This document shows, one piece after another, positions 1 through 9,062 of a stretch of 64,000 nt of DNA. This DNA comes from an uncultured archaeon. Lineage in GTDB: Archaea > Iainarchaeota > Iainarchaeia > Iainarchaeales > CSSED10-239. Each line of letters starts with the position of its first letter. Position 1 is the first letter of the stretch. The DNA is taken from positions 12,189-76,188 of the forward strand of contig CAZQEL010000001.1 in NCBI GenBank assembly GCA_964591795.1. The letters are read 5' to 3'. The position numbers and the translations under genes were made by a program. The notes under the pieces are model-generated. The model saw only the letters and a program-made list of their open reading frames with translations, did no database searches and was not told where the DNA came from.

Positions 1-1449
1 TTCTTTGAATACATCCTCTATTGTTTCATTATAATCTTGAATGTCTTTTCTTGCTTTAAGGGCTATATCTTTAATATTTTGTGGTAAAAAGTCCATTCTT
101 GGAACAGCAAAAACCATCCCATGAAGTAAATAATATTCTGTATATTTTTCATAAACTTTTTTTAATTCATTCTTTTTCAAAATATGCTTTTTTTCTTTAA
201 AATAAGGAAGAAGATAATTAAAATCATTATATAATTTTTTTATTAATTTTTCAAAAAATGTTTTGTCTGTTACTTTTTTTGCTATACTTTTAAATAAACC
301 ATCCCATGAACTTTTTGTATAATAAACATTTACCAAATTTCCTCGATAAATTTTGCAAGCATCTTTTACTTTATATCCAAAAATCTTTTCACTTAGCTTC
401 TCATAATTTTCATATAAAGAATAAACTCTAAATAAAGAATATTCTCTTGAGTGTTGTTTTATGAAAATTTCTGATATGTTATCTTTTTTATAAATAAATT
501 TGCTTTCTGTTAAAGTTGTAATTGGTCTACTCTGAGTTATATATATTTTGTTCTTTTCAATAGCCCATTCAATATCTACAGGAAAACCATAATGATTTTC
601 AATTTTCTTAATTAAATTAGAAAGAGATAAAATCTGAGATTTAGAAAGAACTTGTGAACCACCTAATTTTTTAGTTAGTTCCTTCCATTTAGTACCTTTT
701 TTTAAACATCTATACATTGCTTTAGATTGTTCACTTATATTTTGCTCCAAGATTTTAAGTGGTTTTTTAGAAACAATATAACTATCAGGTGTTATTGCTC
801 CAGAAACAATTGCTTCTCCTAACCCATAACCAGCTTCAATAATTAATTGATTATAATCTTCAGTTACTGGATGTACAGAAAAGGCAATTCCAGATTTTTC
901 TGAATTCACCATTTTTTGAATAACTACAGCTACTGAAATATATTTATTTTGTAAATTTTTTTCAAATCTATAAAAAATAGCTCTTGAAGTAAATAAAGAT
1001 CCCCAACATCTCTTTACATTAAATAATATATTTTTTTCAGTTGTATTAAGATAGGTATCCAACTGTCCAGCCCAAGCAACACTAGCAGAATCTTCTGAAG
1101 TGGCTGATGATCTTACTGCTACAAATTTTGTTTTTAATTTTTTAAAATAAGACAATATATCTTTTGAAAGCTTTTTTGAAATTTCTTTAGAAAGAATTAA
1201 ATTTTGAATTTCTTTAGAAGCATTATCAATAGTTTGTACTTTTTTAATATTTACTTTATTTAAAATTAAATTAATTTTTACGTTTAAATTATTTTCTTTA
1301 ATAAAAATATCAAAAGCAGAAGATAATATCACAAAACCATTTGGAACAGAAATATCTGAAGAATACATTTCTCCTAAAGAAGCTCCTTTACCACCTGCTT
1401 CTTTAACTGAGTCTTTATTTAAATCTTTAAAAAATTTAATTATAACCAT
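1..1449 (-). CDS. PPDK_N (PEP synthase / pyruvate phosphate dikinase N-terminal ATP-grasp) domain protein. It is partial: the C-terminus lies beyond the window start. The ORF track missed it because it is truncated.
   Basis: Hand translation of the minus strand from the ATG (reverse complement of cat at 1447-1449) gives MVIIKFFKDLNKDSVKEAGGKGASLGEM...VPNGFVILSSAF... and later ...GFPVDIEWAIEKNKIYITQSRPITT. These are the hallmark motifs of the PEP-synthase/PPDK nucleotide-binding domain. Downstream sequence does not show the phosphohistidine GGRTSHAAII-type domain. Confidence 0.7.
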   Translation of the reverse strand, partial: MVIIKFFKDLNKDSVKEAGGKGASLGEMYSSDISVPNGFVILSSAFDIFIKENNLNVKINLILNKVNIKKVQTIDNASKEIQNLILSKEISKKLSKDILSYFKKLKTKFVAVRSSATSEDSASVAWAGQLDTYLNTTEKNILFNVKRCWGSLFTSRAIFYRFEKNLQNKYISVAVVIQKMVNSEKSGIAFSVHPVTEDYNQLIIEAGYGLGEAIVSGAITPDSYIVSKKPLKILEQNISEQSKAMYRCLKKGTKWKELTKKLGGSQVLSKSQILSLSNLIKKIENHYGFPVDIEWAIEKNKIYITQSRPITTLTESKFIYKKDNISEIFIKQHSREYSLFRVYSLYENYEKLSEKIFGYKVKDACKIYRGNLVNVYYTKSSWDGLFKSIAKKVTDKTFFEKLIKKLYNDFNYLLPYFKEKKHILKKNELKKVYEKYTEYYLLHGMVFAVPRMDFLPQNIKDIALKARKDIQDYNETIEDVFKE

Positions 1450-1680
1450 ATATTACTTAAACTAAAATAAGTTTAAAAACTATTTGTTTTTCAGCAAAAT
1501 AATATTTAAAGGATTATCCTATTTAGCTGTATTATCTTTAATTTTTGCTTTTTTAAAATCCCAAATAACTTTTGTTTTTTCTTTATTTGTAAATTTCCCC
1601 GTAAACTTAACATTAGAAACTGGTTTTTTTAAAATAGATTTTTTTGGTAATGGCATATTTATAACATCTCCTTTTTATGA

Positions 1681-2442
1681 CTATCTTAAAATATAATTTT
1701 TAATTTTATTAATTGAAAACTTTTCCTTTCTAACTTCTTTTACAGTCACATACTTTTTTTTTCGATTACTAGTAGTATGTGAAACATAATCTAGAAAGTT
1801 ATTTGAAATATAACTAACATAATCAAAAACTGGATTTAAATTACTTACTTTTCCATTATTAATTTTTATACTTAAATTTTCATTTTTATTAATTTCATTT
1901 AATTTATTAAAAACACTAATGAAAAAATTATTTCCTTCAATTACTAATTGATTTTTGTCTTTAGCTATTAATAGTTCATAAAAAATTTCTGAAAATTTTT
2001 GAAAATATTTAGATTGCATTGTAACTCTTCTACTTTCAATAAACTTAGTTATTGAATCTAAAACTTCAATAGCAAGTACTGGAAATTTAATTTTATAAAA
2101 TTTATTTTTAATTAAATTTATTTCTTTTTTAGATTTATTAGGATATCTTTTAATTAATAAATTATCTGAAATTTTAAAAGAACTAAATAAACTATAAACA
2201 CCTCTAATTATAACCTCTCTTGAATCCTTACCAACTAGTTTTTTATGATTAGATTTTCTAATAATAAATTCTTTATATTTAGGTGATTCAAAAGTACGAT
2301 AAATATTTCTAATTGATTTTGCATATCTTATATCATATTCTTTAATATTATATGATTTTGATATTTTAGATAGTTTTTTTTCTAAAACATATCCTTTACC
2401 ATATCTAATTCTATCTGGAATTAAAGTTTTTAGTCTTTTCAT
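1681..2442 (-). CDS. Hypothetical Lys-rich basic protein, 253 aa.
   Basis: Long ORF in a genome where stop codons are frequent. No recognisable motif. Very K-rich. Confidence 0.5.
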   Translation of the reverse strand: MKRLKTLIPDRIRYGKGYVLEKKLSKISKSYNIKEYDIRYAKSIRNIYRTFESPKYKEFIIRKSNHKKLVGKDSREVIIRGVYSLFSSFKISDNLLIKRYPNKSKKEINLIKNKFYKIKFPVLAIEVLDSITKFIESRRVTMQSKYFQKFSEIFYELLIAKDKNQLVIEGNNFFISVFNKLNEINKNENLSIKINNGKVSNLNPVFDYVSYISNNFLDYVSHTTSNRKKKYVTVKEVRKEKFSINKIKNYILR

Positions 2443-2582
2443 ATATATCTAAATTAATAATCTATATAAAAATATAAAGAACAATAAGTTTATAAAAGAA
2501 ATTGATATTTAAAAATTTAAAAATAGAAAAATAAGATTTGCAAAAAATGAAATTATTGCAAATTAAATAAAAATTAAAAAAA

Positions 2583-2601
2583 TAAACTGAAAAAATCAGT
2601 T
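2583..2601 (-). terminator. Hairpin aaactga-aaaaa-tcagttt directly after the rps7 stop, followed on the transcript by a U-rich tract. Putative operon terminator.
   Basis: Perfect 7-bp inverted repeat with a 5-nt spacer, seen in sequence at the 3' end of the rpo-rps12-rps7 transcription unit. The minus-strand sequence downstream is T-rich. Confidence 0.35.
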
Positions 2602-3212
2602 TATCTTGAACCATGTGCGATTCTTTCAATATCATCTCTTCTTTTTACAGCATAACTTTTTGGATCATTTTTAGATGCTGCAATTAATTCTTCAGCAAGA
2701 GTTGATGCCATATCTTTTTTTGTCTTAAAAGTTGCCTTGAAAGGAGCAAGAGCTAAATTTTTTAAAGCTTCATCAAGTCTTAAAATTGGAGCAACATCAA
2801 CAGCTTGGTTATAAGTTATTCCACCTCTTTTAAGTCTGATAATATCTTCTCTTGGAGTTGAATGTTCAATAGCTTCAATAAGAACTTGAATAGGATTTCT
2901 TTTTGTTGTAGCATATATAGAATCAAATGCTTCATCAATAGTTTTAATCATATGTTCTTTTTTTCCACAAGAATTTTTCCCTCTTAAAAATTTACCAGAA
3001 AGTTTTTTCTTACCCTGTCCTGATCTCATCATTTTATTTATAAGTCTTTCTACTACATGTACTTTTGCTTTATCAGTAGGAGTACTTTTTGCAACACCAA
3101 ATGTATGAGGTATTTCTTTTTCCTTAAAACTTATATATTTTGCAACACCTAAATCTTTACAAACAACCTCATTGGTTGTCCATTTACCTAAAATCATCAT
3201 ATTTAACACCAA
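2601..3212 (-). CDS. rps7: 30S ribosomal protein S7 (uS7).
   Basis: The translation contains ...IPHTFGVAKS..., ...VERLINKMMRSGQGKKK... and ...IIRLKRGGITYNQAVDVAP...ERIAHGSR, typical of archaeal uS7. It sits in the expected position after S12. Confidence 0.9.
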   Translation of the reverse strand: MVLNMMILGKWTTNEVVCKDLGVAKYISFKEKEIPHTFGVAKSTPTDKAKVHVVERLINKMMRSGQGKKKLSGKFLRGKNSCGKKEHMIKTIDEAFDSIYATTKRNPIQVLIEAIEHSTPREDIIRLKRGGITYNQAVDVAPILRLDEALKNLALAPFKATFKTKKDMASTLAEELIAASKNDPKSYAVKRRDDIERIAHGSR

Positions 3213-3221
3213 TCTTTATAT

Positions 3222-3647
3222 CTATCTAGTAGATTTCTCTTTTTTACCTGTTCTTAACATTTCAAGGGATTGTCCATTTACTTTTATAACCTTGTATTTA
3301 ACACCCCAAAGATCTCCAACAGGTCCACCCTTACGTCCACCAATACCTTCTACAGTAACTTGATCGTGGATTTCAATAAATTTAATAGCTTTATCCTTAG
3401 GAGCTAAAGCTGTAAGTTCTTTACCATTTTTAATAAGCTTTACTCTTACACATTTTCTAATACCTGAATTTGGCTGTCTTGCTGTAATTCCTTTCTTTTC
3501 AAGTACTATACCTTTTGCTTGAGGAGCTCCTCTTAAAAGACCTTTTTTAGCTTTTACTTTTATACTTCTTTTTTGTCTAGGATCTTTTTTTGCCCATTTA
3601 ATTCTATCTTTAATATTTTTTTTTGCTGCGAATTCACCATTTGCCAT
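3222..3647 (-). CDS. rps12: 30S ribosomal protein S12 (uS12).
   Basis: ...[30 protein letters not shown]... and ...[11 protein letters not shown]... are classic uS12 signatures. 141 aa. Confidence 0.95.
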   Translation of the reverse strand: MANGEFAAKKNIKDRIKWAKKDPRQKRSIKVKAKKGLLRGAPQAKGIVLEKKGITARQPNSGIRKCVRVKLIKNGKELTALAPKDKAIKFIEIHDQVTVEGIGGRKGGPVGDLWGVKYKVIKVNGQSLEMLRTGKKEKSTR

Positions 3648-3673
3648 ATAATTTCACCTTATTTTCTAAAATT

Positions 3674-3940
3674 TTATTTTTTATTTTTTATTTTTTGTCT
3701 ATATTTTTTTGCAACAATAGATATTAACTCACCATTAAATTTTGCATCATTATATATCTTTTCTAATACTTTTATTGCAAGTTCTTTATTATTAATATTA
3801 ATTCCAAAGGTTTTCAGAGTTGAAATTTCAGGTGTTTCTTTTCCAACTTTTAATTTAACTTCTTTAGAATGTTTTGAAATTTTAATTTTTCTATTTGTAG
3901 TTTTAAAAACTTCTGTTTTTTTTCTTGCCATGTTGTCCAA
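3674..3940 (-). CDS. Small basic hypothetical protein (88 aa) in the position where archaeal NusA normally sits. It has no KH GxxG motif.
   Basis: ORF between rpl30e and rps12. No NusA KH signature is detectable by eye. Confidence 0.4.
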   Translation of the reverse strand: MDNMARKKTEVFKTTNRKIKISKHSKEVKLKVGKETPEISTLKTFGININNKELAIKVLEKIYNDAKFNGELISIVAKKYRQKIKNKK

Positions 3941-3941
3941 A

Positions 3942-4433
3942 TTATTTTTTTTTAATTTTTAAAATACCTTTTAAAGCAGCATCTTCTTTAATTGAAGTTT
4001 CTTCTTCTTCTTTTTTAATTTCTTTTAATTTTTTAGCTTTTGTTTTTTCACTTTTCTTTTCTTCTTTAACAGCTCTTTTTTCTGCTTTTAAAGTAGCTTT
4101 AGTAACTTTAGTTTTAATAACTTCTTTTAAATTAATAACATCAAAAATTGATGATTGACCTAAATCTTTAATTACAATTGAAGAAACATTGAAAGATTTA
4201 CCACAAACAGAGCTTAATTCAAAACCATTTTCTGGATATTCAATAAATATTACTTTTAAAAGTTTAGCATAATGTTCAATTTGTTTTTTAGTTATACTTT
4301 TTATTGTTTTTGAAACAACAATTAATTTTGGTTCACCAACAAGACATTCTCGTAATGTTTCTTTAGTTCCATAAATTACTTTTCCTGTATCAACAGAGCT
4401 TCTAAGTTGTGTATTAAATCTATTCCAATCCAT
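3942..4433 (-). CDS. rpl30e: 50S ribosomal protein L30e (eL30) with a ~60-aa Lys/Glu-rich C-terminal extension.
   Basis: The N-terminal ~100 aa match archaeal L30e (...DTGKVIYGTKETL...PKLIVVSKT...IEHYAKLLKV...SSVCGKSFNVSSIVIKDLG...). The C-terminus is a KE-rich tail. Confidence 0.8.
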   Translation of the reverse strand: MDWNRFNTQLRSSVDTGKVIYGTKETLRECLVGEPKLIVVSKTIKSITKKQIEHYAKLLKVIFIEYPENGFELSSVCGKSFNVSSIVIKDLGQSSIFDVINLKEVIKTKVTKATLKAEKRAVKEEKKSEKTKAKKLKEIKKEEEETSIKEDAALKGILKIKKK

Positions 4434-4528
4434 ATTAAATCACTCATTAATTTTTAAAATAAAAAAATCCTTTCTATAATATATATTTATGCTTCACAAC
4501 ATTTAAAAAAGGAGTATCTTTTTTATAT

Positions 4529-5692
4529 TTAATTTTCGTCCATTTTCTCTTGTTTTTTAATCATTTTTTTTAAATTTTTAGGATCAAGTGTAAGTCTTAC
4601 TTGACCAGTTCCTGCAAGTATTGGTTGACCAACAATTAAATTTTCTATAATTCCTTTAAAGTTTTCTCTTTCTCCAGAAAAAGATGCTGCTAAAAGATGT
4701 TTTACAGTTTCTTCAAATGCAGCTCTTGCAAATGGACTTGCTTTTTCACCAGTAATTCCAGTTCTTACAACACCTTTAACTCTTCCGCCAAGGCACATAA
4801 GATCTGCTAATACTGCAATGTGTCTTTTATTAATATCAATACCATTACTTTCAAAAGTAAATGAAAGTTCTCTTACAATTGATTCTTTTGCAGCTTCAAT
4901 TCCAAAAACTTTATTTATTTCTAAAATATCATTAGTATGAGTTCTATTAGTATCAATTTCAGGTATTTTTAAAACTTCAGATAAATTAGAACCTTTTGTT
5001 GTAATATATTTTTCACCATTTTCTTCAGCAACAACTACAAGTTCAATACGTTTTACACCAAATAATGGAATTTTATTCCATTTAATTATTGCTTTTCTAA
5101 TATTAAAAAGAGGTGTATCTTTATCAAATGTGAAATTAACACCATTTTTATTAGGTGTAAATCTTTTAGAAATATAAACATCAGCAATTTTATCATAAAT
5201 TAATGTCATAGTTTCTTCTTTATCTAAATTAAGTTCGTTTAATTTATCATGATCTAAAACAAAAGAAACTATTTTTTTTTCAAAATCTTCTTGAAAATCA
5301 CCAATTGTTGCAACTTTAATATCAATTAAGCTTTTTGCAAATTTATTTAATTTTTTATCATTTGCAAAAATATCTTTTTTAAGATAAATTTTCATAGAAG
5401 GAAATTTAGATGAAAGTCTACCATCTACAATCTCAATAACTCTTTGAATTCCTTGACCAACAGAAACTTCTAAAGAACCAGCATAGTGCTTTGTTCTTAA
5501 AGTTAACTGAGTTCCAGGTTCACCAATTGATTGTGCAGCAATAAGTCCAATAGCGTCTCCAGGTGTAACTAATGATTCATTATATCTTCTTGACACAATT
5601 TCCATTAACTTTTTACCCTTAGCATCACTATAACTTTTCTTTTTTGAATAGCTTTTTATTCTTTCAACAACGTTTTTTGGTAAATCTCTCAT
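4529..5692 (-). CDS. rpoA2: DNA-directed RNA polymerase subunit A'' (Rpo1C).
   Basis: ...AAQSIGEPGTQLTLRTKHYAG... is the conserved A''/beta' C-terminal motif. 387 aa. Operon context. Confidence 0.9.
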   Translation of the reverse strand: MRDLPKNVVERIKSYSKKKSYSDAKGKKLMEIVSRRYNESLVTPGDAIGLIAAQSIGEPGTQLTLRTKHYAGSLEVSVGQGIQRVIEIVDGRLSSKFPSMKIYLKKDIFANDKKLNKFAKSLIDIKVATIGDFQEDFEKKIVSFVLDHDKLNELNLDKEETMTLIYDKIADVYISKRFTPNKNGVNFTFDKDTPLFNIRKAIIKWNKIPLFGVKRIELVVVAEENGEKYITTKGSNLSEVLKIPEIDTNRTHTNDILEINKVFGIEAAKESIVRELSFTFESNGIDINKRHIAVLADLMCLGGRVKGVVRTGITGEKASPFARAAFEETVKHLLAASFSGERENFKGIIENLIVGQPILAGTGQVRLTLDPKNLKKMIKKQEKMDEN

Positions 5693-5708
5693 AGTCTTTC
5701 ACATTTTT

Positions 5709-6329
5709 TTAAATTACTTTTTTACAAACCTTATTTAATAAATCATTATTTATTAAATTATTGAAATAATCCACTTCTGCTTTAGTTATTCTATATTTAT
5801 TATAAAACTCAATCTCTTCTTCAGTAGCTCCTTCTATATTATTTTTTGAAGGTCTATTTTTATCTTCCTTACAATCATACATCTCTAAAAAGGGACTATC
5901 ATAACTAATTATATAATTTTCTATAATTGATATTGAACTATTATCATCTTCCCACATACTTTTATATTCTTCATAAGTTAAATTTAAATATCTTGTATTT
6001 TTTCCACCAATTAAACCACCAACATCTATAATATATCCTTGATTTAATTTAAAAGAAGGTAATCTGTACTGTGCATAATTTACTTGCTGATTTAAATTAT
6101 TATCTTTAGTATCTATTGATCCAGGAATAATTACTGGTGAAGAATATGAAGTTATATTATTATCTTTAGTACCTACAGGAATATTTAAAGAATAATCTTT
6201 ATCTGTTTTAAAAATAAATGGTCCTGGTTCAGTGACATATGCTTTATTTTGAGATTCTCTTAACAAAAATAAAACAACTACAATTATTACCACTAAAATT
6301 ATTATTGTTATTAAACTATTTTTTTTCAT
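5709..6329 (-). CDS. Signal-anchored N/T-rich hypothetical protein (206 aa) inserted between rpoA1 and rpoA2.
   Basis: N-terminal TM segment LITIIILVVIIVVVLFLL, then a hydrophilic domain with N-x-S/T sequons. Long ORF in an AT-rich background. Confidence 0.55.
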   Translation of the reverse strand: MKKNSLITIIILVVIIVVVLFLLRESQNKAYVTEPGPFIFKTDKDYSLNIPVGTKDNNITSYSSPVIIPGSIDTKDNNLNQQVNYAQYRLPSFKLNQGYIIDVGGLIGGKNTRYLNLTYEEYKSMWEDDNSSISIIENYIISYDSPFLEMYDCKEDKNRPSKNNIEGATEEEIEFYNKYRITKAEVDYFNNLINNDLLNKVCKKVI

Positions 6330-6442
6330 TATTAATCCTATTTCTAATTTTAAATTATTTCTTTATTTTTTAATTAATCTAAATACCCATTGCATGTCAA
6401 TTAGACAAACAACCATTACGTGTAAATTAAATAAAATAAATT

Positions 6443-9028
6443 CTATTCGTGGAAGAAATTAATATTTTTCCCAAGATATGCTTTATCAGGAGAAAGTCCA
6501 TCATCACCATAAACAAACTGAATAACTTGGCCATCAGCACTTTTAACAGATAAATCATCTTGAACAACAAGATCTTTAAGTGCGTTAGAAAGTCTTCTAT
6601 AAAGATATCCAGATACTTTTGTGGAAACACCAGTATCAATTTCACCTTGTCTTCCACCAATTGAGTGCACAAAATATTCTTTTGGTTGCAAACCATCATA
6701 AAAATTACTTTTAACAAATCCATAATCCATTAATGAATTAGAACCTGCAATACTAGAACTTAAAAGTCTATTTTTAAAACCATTCTTAGCTCTTCCAGCT
6801 CTTACAGTTACCTGTCCCCAAAGACCAATAATATTAACAACATTTAATAATTTTCCTCTAGATCCACCAACACTTGAAAGCATAGTTGTATTATTATTTG
6901 AAACTTTACGTTTATCATACATTTCATTAAATTTTAAAACTAATATCTCATCAGAAACACTATCTTTAACTTTACCAGCTGCAGACATCATTTCAAATTC
7001 AAAAGTTTCATTAAGAGTTTTACCTGAAACTAAAGGTAAAGTTTTATTTTCAAACTTTTTAACTATTGAGTTTGTATTTGATACAAGTTCTTTTATTTTT
7101 TTATCAATATCTTTTTTTAAAAATTCAGGTGTCTTATATTCATCAAGACCAATTGTTAATCCTTTCTTTGAAAGAGTGTAAAAAACTAACTTTGATAATT
7201 TATAATAAAAATCAGATAAAAAATCCTTAGGATAATGACGAGTAAGAACATCAATTAAGTTCTTAGCTGAAGTTGCTCTTTCATCAAAAACACCAGATAA
7301 TAGTTTTCCTTTTTCAATTTTTAAATAACAATCATATTTTTCAATATCTTTTTTAGTAACTTTTCCTTTTATTTTTTTAATAATTGTATACATTTTATTT
7401 TCGTATTCAATATTTAAATCATTTGGAAGTATTTGACTAAAAATTAATTTACCAGAATATTGACCTCTTCCTCTATCAGCTGATGGAAGTTCAGTAATTC
7501 CGATTGAATAAAGCATTTCCATTGTTTCTTTTTTACTAAATTCAGTATTTTTTAATGTTAATAAAAATGCTCCAGAAATAAGATCTTCACCAGGAATTAT
7601 TATTGGTTTACCATGTCTCATACTAGAAATATGATTAGTTACCATTAAAAGATTTTTAATTTCAGCAATTGATGATTCACTTTGTGGTGCGTGTATTTGC
7701 ATTTCATCACCATCAAAATCCGCATTATAGGGAGGACATGAAATTGGATTTAATCTAAAAGTTTTACCTGGTAAAACTTTTACTTTATGTCCCATAATTG
7801 ATGCTCTATGCAAAGTCGGTTGTCTGTTGAATATTACAAGATCTCCATCAACCATTTTTCTTTTTGCAATAAGCCCATCTTCAAGTGCATCAATAATTTC
7901 TTGCTTATTTGTTTCTGTAATTATTTTCTTTCTATTTTTTTTGGTTATTAAATATTTTATTTTATCTTGCAAAATATATTCTTTGATCTTTGACATATTC
8001 CAAAGAGTTATTCTTTCTGAAACTGTTAATGTATCTGCAACTTCTTGAGGAACACCAAGTTCATCAATTGCAATATCTGTAGATGGAGATATGGTTGATC
8101 TTGCAGCAGAATTTACTCTTTTTCCAATTAAATTATATCTAAATCTTCCTTTTTTACCTTTAAGTCTTTGAGCAAGAGTATTTAATGCTCTTCCTGATCT
8201 GTGCTTTGCAGGTGGAACCCCAGCTGTATTATTATCAAAATATGTAGTTACATTATATTGTAAAAGATCCCATAGGTCTTCAATAATAATTTGTGGAGCA
8301 CCAGCATTCATATTCTCATGAAGTCTGTTATTAATTCTAATAATATTTAAAAGCATATGTGTTAAATCATTTTCAGCAGTAACAACGTTTTCTAAAGACA
8401 AAGAAGGTCTCATTGATACTGGTGGAACTGGTAAAACATTTAAAATAAACCATTGAGGTCTAAGTTTATCTGAATATCCAAACAAAAATAAATCTGTATC
8501 ATCAATTTTTAAAATCCAATCTAAAATATCAGAAGGATAAAGTCTTTCTCCATCAACAAAGAAATTAGTTGGTTTATCAAGTAAAACTTTTACAACATCT
8601 GATTTACAATGAGGACATTTTTTAAGAGTTTTAGATGCATTAATAATAAATTTACTAATCTTATTAGGATTATCAGAATACCTCATAAGTTCAGTTCTAT
8701 CTTCATCTTCTAAAAGAAGTTTACCACATTCTTTACAAGTACATTGTAAAATATGGTTAATTTTTTCAGTAAACTTAGGATGCATAACTGGTCTTGTTAA
8801 TTCAATATGACCAAAATGACCAGGACAATCTCTCATACCATGACCACAAGTTTTACATCTAAGACCAGGAGAAATAACACCTAAATGCAAATCCATTACT
8901 CCTCTTTCTATAGGATATCCATCTTTATCATAAGTATCTGCTCTAGATAGTTCTACAGCTGACATTTTTCTAATAAGTTCTGGACTTAATACATTAAACT
9001 CAATTGATTTTATTTTCTTAATACTCAT
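6443..9028 (-). CDS. rpoA1: DNA-directed RNA polymerase subunit A' (Rpo1N).
   Basis: N-terminal zinc motifs (CKTCGHGMRDCPGHFGHIEL) and the catalytic motif YNADFDGDEMQIH. 861 aa. Confidence 0.95.
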   Translation of the reverse strand: MSIKKIKSIEFNVLSPELIRKMSAVELSRADTYDKDGYPIERGVMDLHLGVISPGLRCKTCGHGMRDCPGHFGHIELTRPVMHPKFTEKINHILQCTCKECGKLLLEDEDRTELMRYSDNPNKISKFIINASKTLKKCPHCKSDVVKVLLDKPTNFFVDGERLYPSDILDWILKIDDTDLFLFGYSDKLRPQWFILNVLPVPPVSMRPSLSLENVVTAENDLTHMLLNIIRINNRLHENMNAGAPQIIIEDLWDLLQYNVTTYFDNNTAGVPPAKHRSGRALNTLAQRLKGKKGRFRYNLIGKRVNSAARSTISPSTDIAIDELGVPQEVADTLTVSERITLWNMSKIKEYILQDKIKYLITKKNRKKIITETNKQEIIDALEDGLIAKRKMVDGDLVIFNRQPTLHRASIMGHKVKVLPGKTFRLNPISCPPYNADFDGDEMQIHAPQSESSIAEIKNLLMVTNHISSMRHGKPIIIPGEDLISGAFLLTLKNTEFSKKETMEMLYSIGITELPSADRGRGQYSGKLIFSQILPNDLNIEYENKMYTIIKKIKGKVTKKDIEKYDCYLKIEKGKLLSGVFDERATSAKNLIDVLTRHYPKDFLSDFYYKLSKLVFYTLSKKGLTIGLDEYKTPEFLKKDIDKKIKELVSNTNSIVKKFENKTLPLVSGKTLNETFEFEMMSAAGKVKDSVSDEILVLKFNEMYDKRKVSNNNTTMLSSVGGSRGKLLNVVNIIGLWGQVTVRAGRAKNGFKNRLLSSSIAGSNSLMDYGFVKSNFYDGLQPKEYFVHSIGGRQGEIDTGVSTKVSGYLYRRLSNALKDLVVQDDLSVKSADGQVIQFVYGDDGLSPDKAYLGKNINFFHE

Positions 9029-9062
9029 AATTAATCATCTTATATTAGTTTTTTTTAAAAAC

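Noticed and set aside
1484-1696. 70-aa plus-strand ORF in the intergenic spacer between the PPDK_N gene and the 253-aa gene.
   Set aside because: Low-complexity Phe/Ile-rich translation of an AT-rich spacer, with no motif. Most likely a chance ORF in a promoter region.
3172-4158. Plus-strand ORFs 3172-3363, 3573-3962 and 3925-4158 lying antisense to rps12, the 88-aa ORF and rpl30e.
   Set aside because: They are antisense shadows of well-supported ribosomal protein genes. Their translations are hydrophobic low-complexity sequence typical of reverse-strand artefacts.
6427-8048. ORFs 6427-6723 (minus, alternate frame) and 7827-8048 (plus) inside rpoA1.
   Set aside because: They overlap the strongly supported RNAP A' coding frame and have no independent signals.
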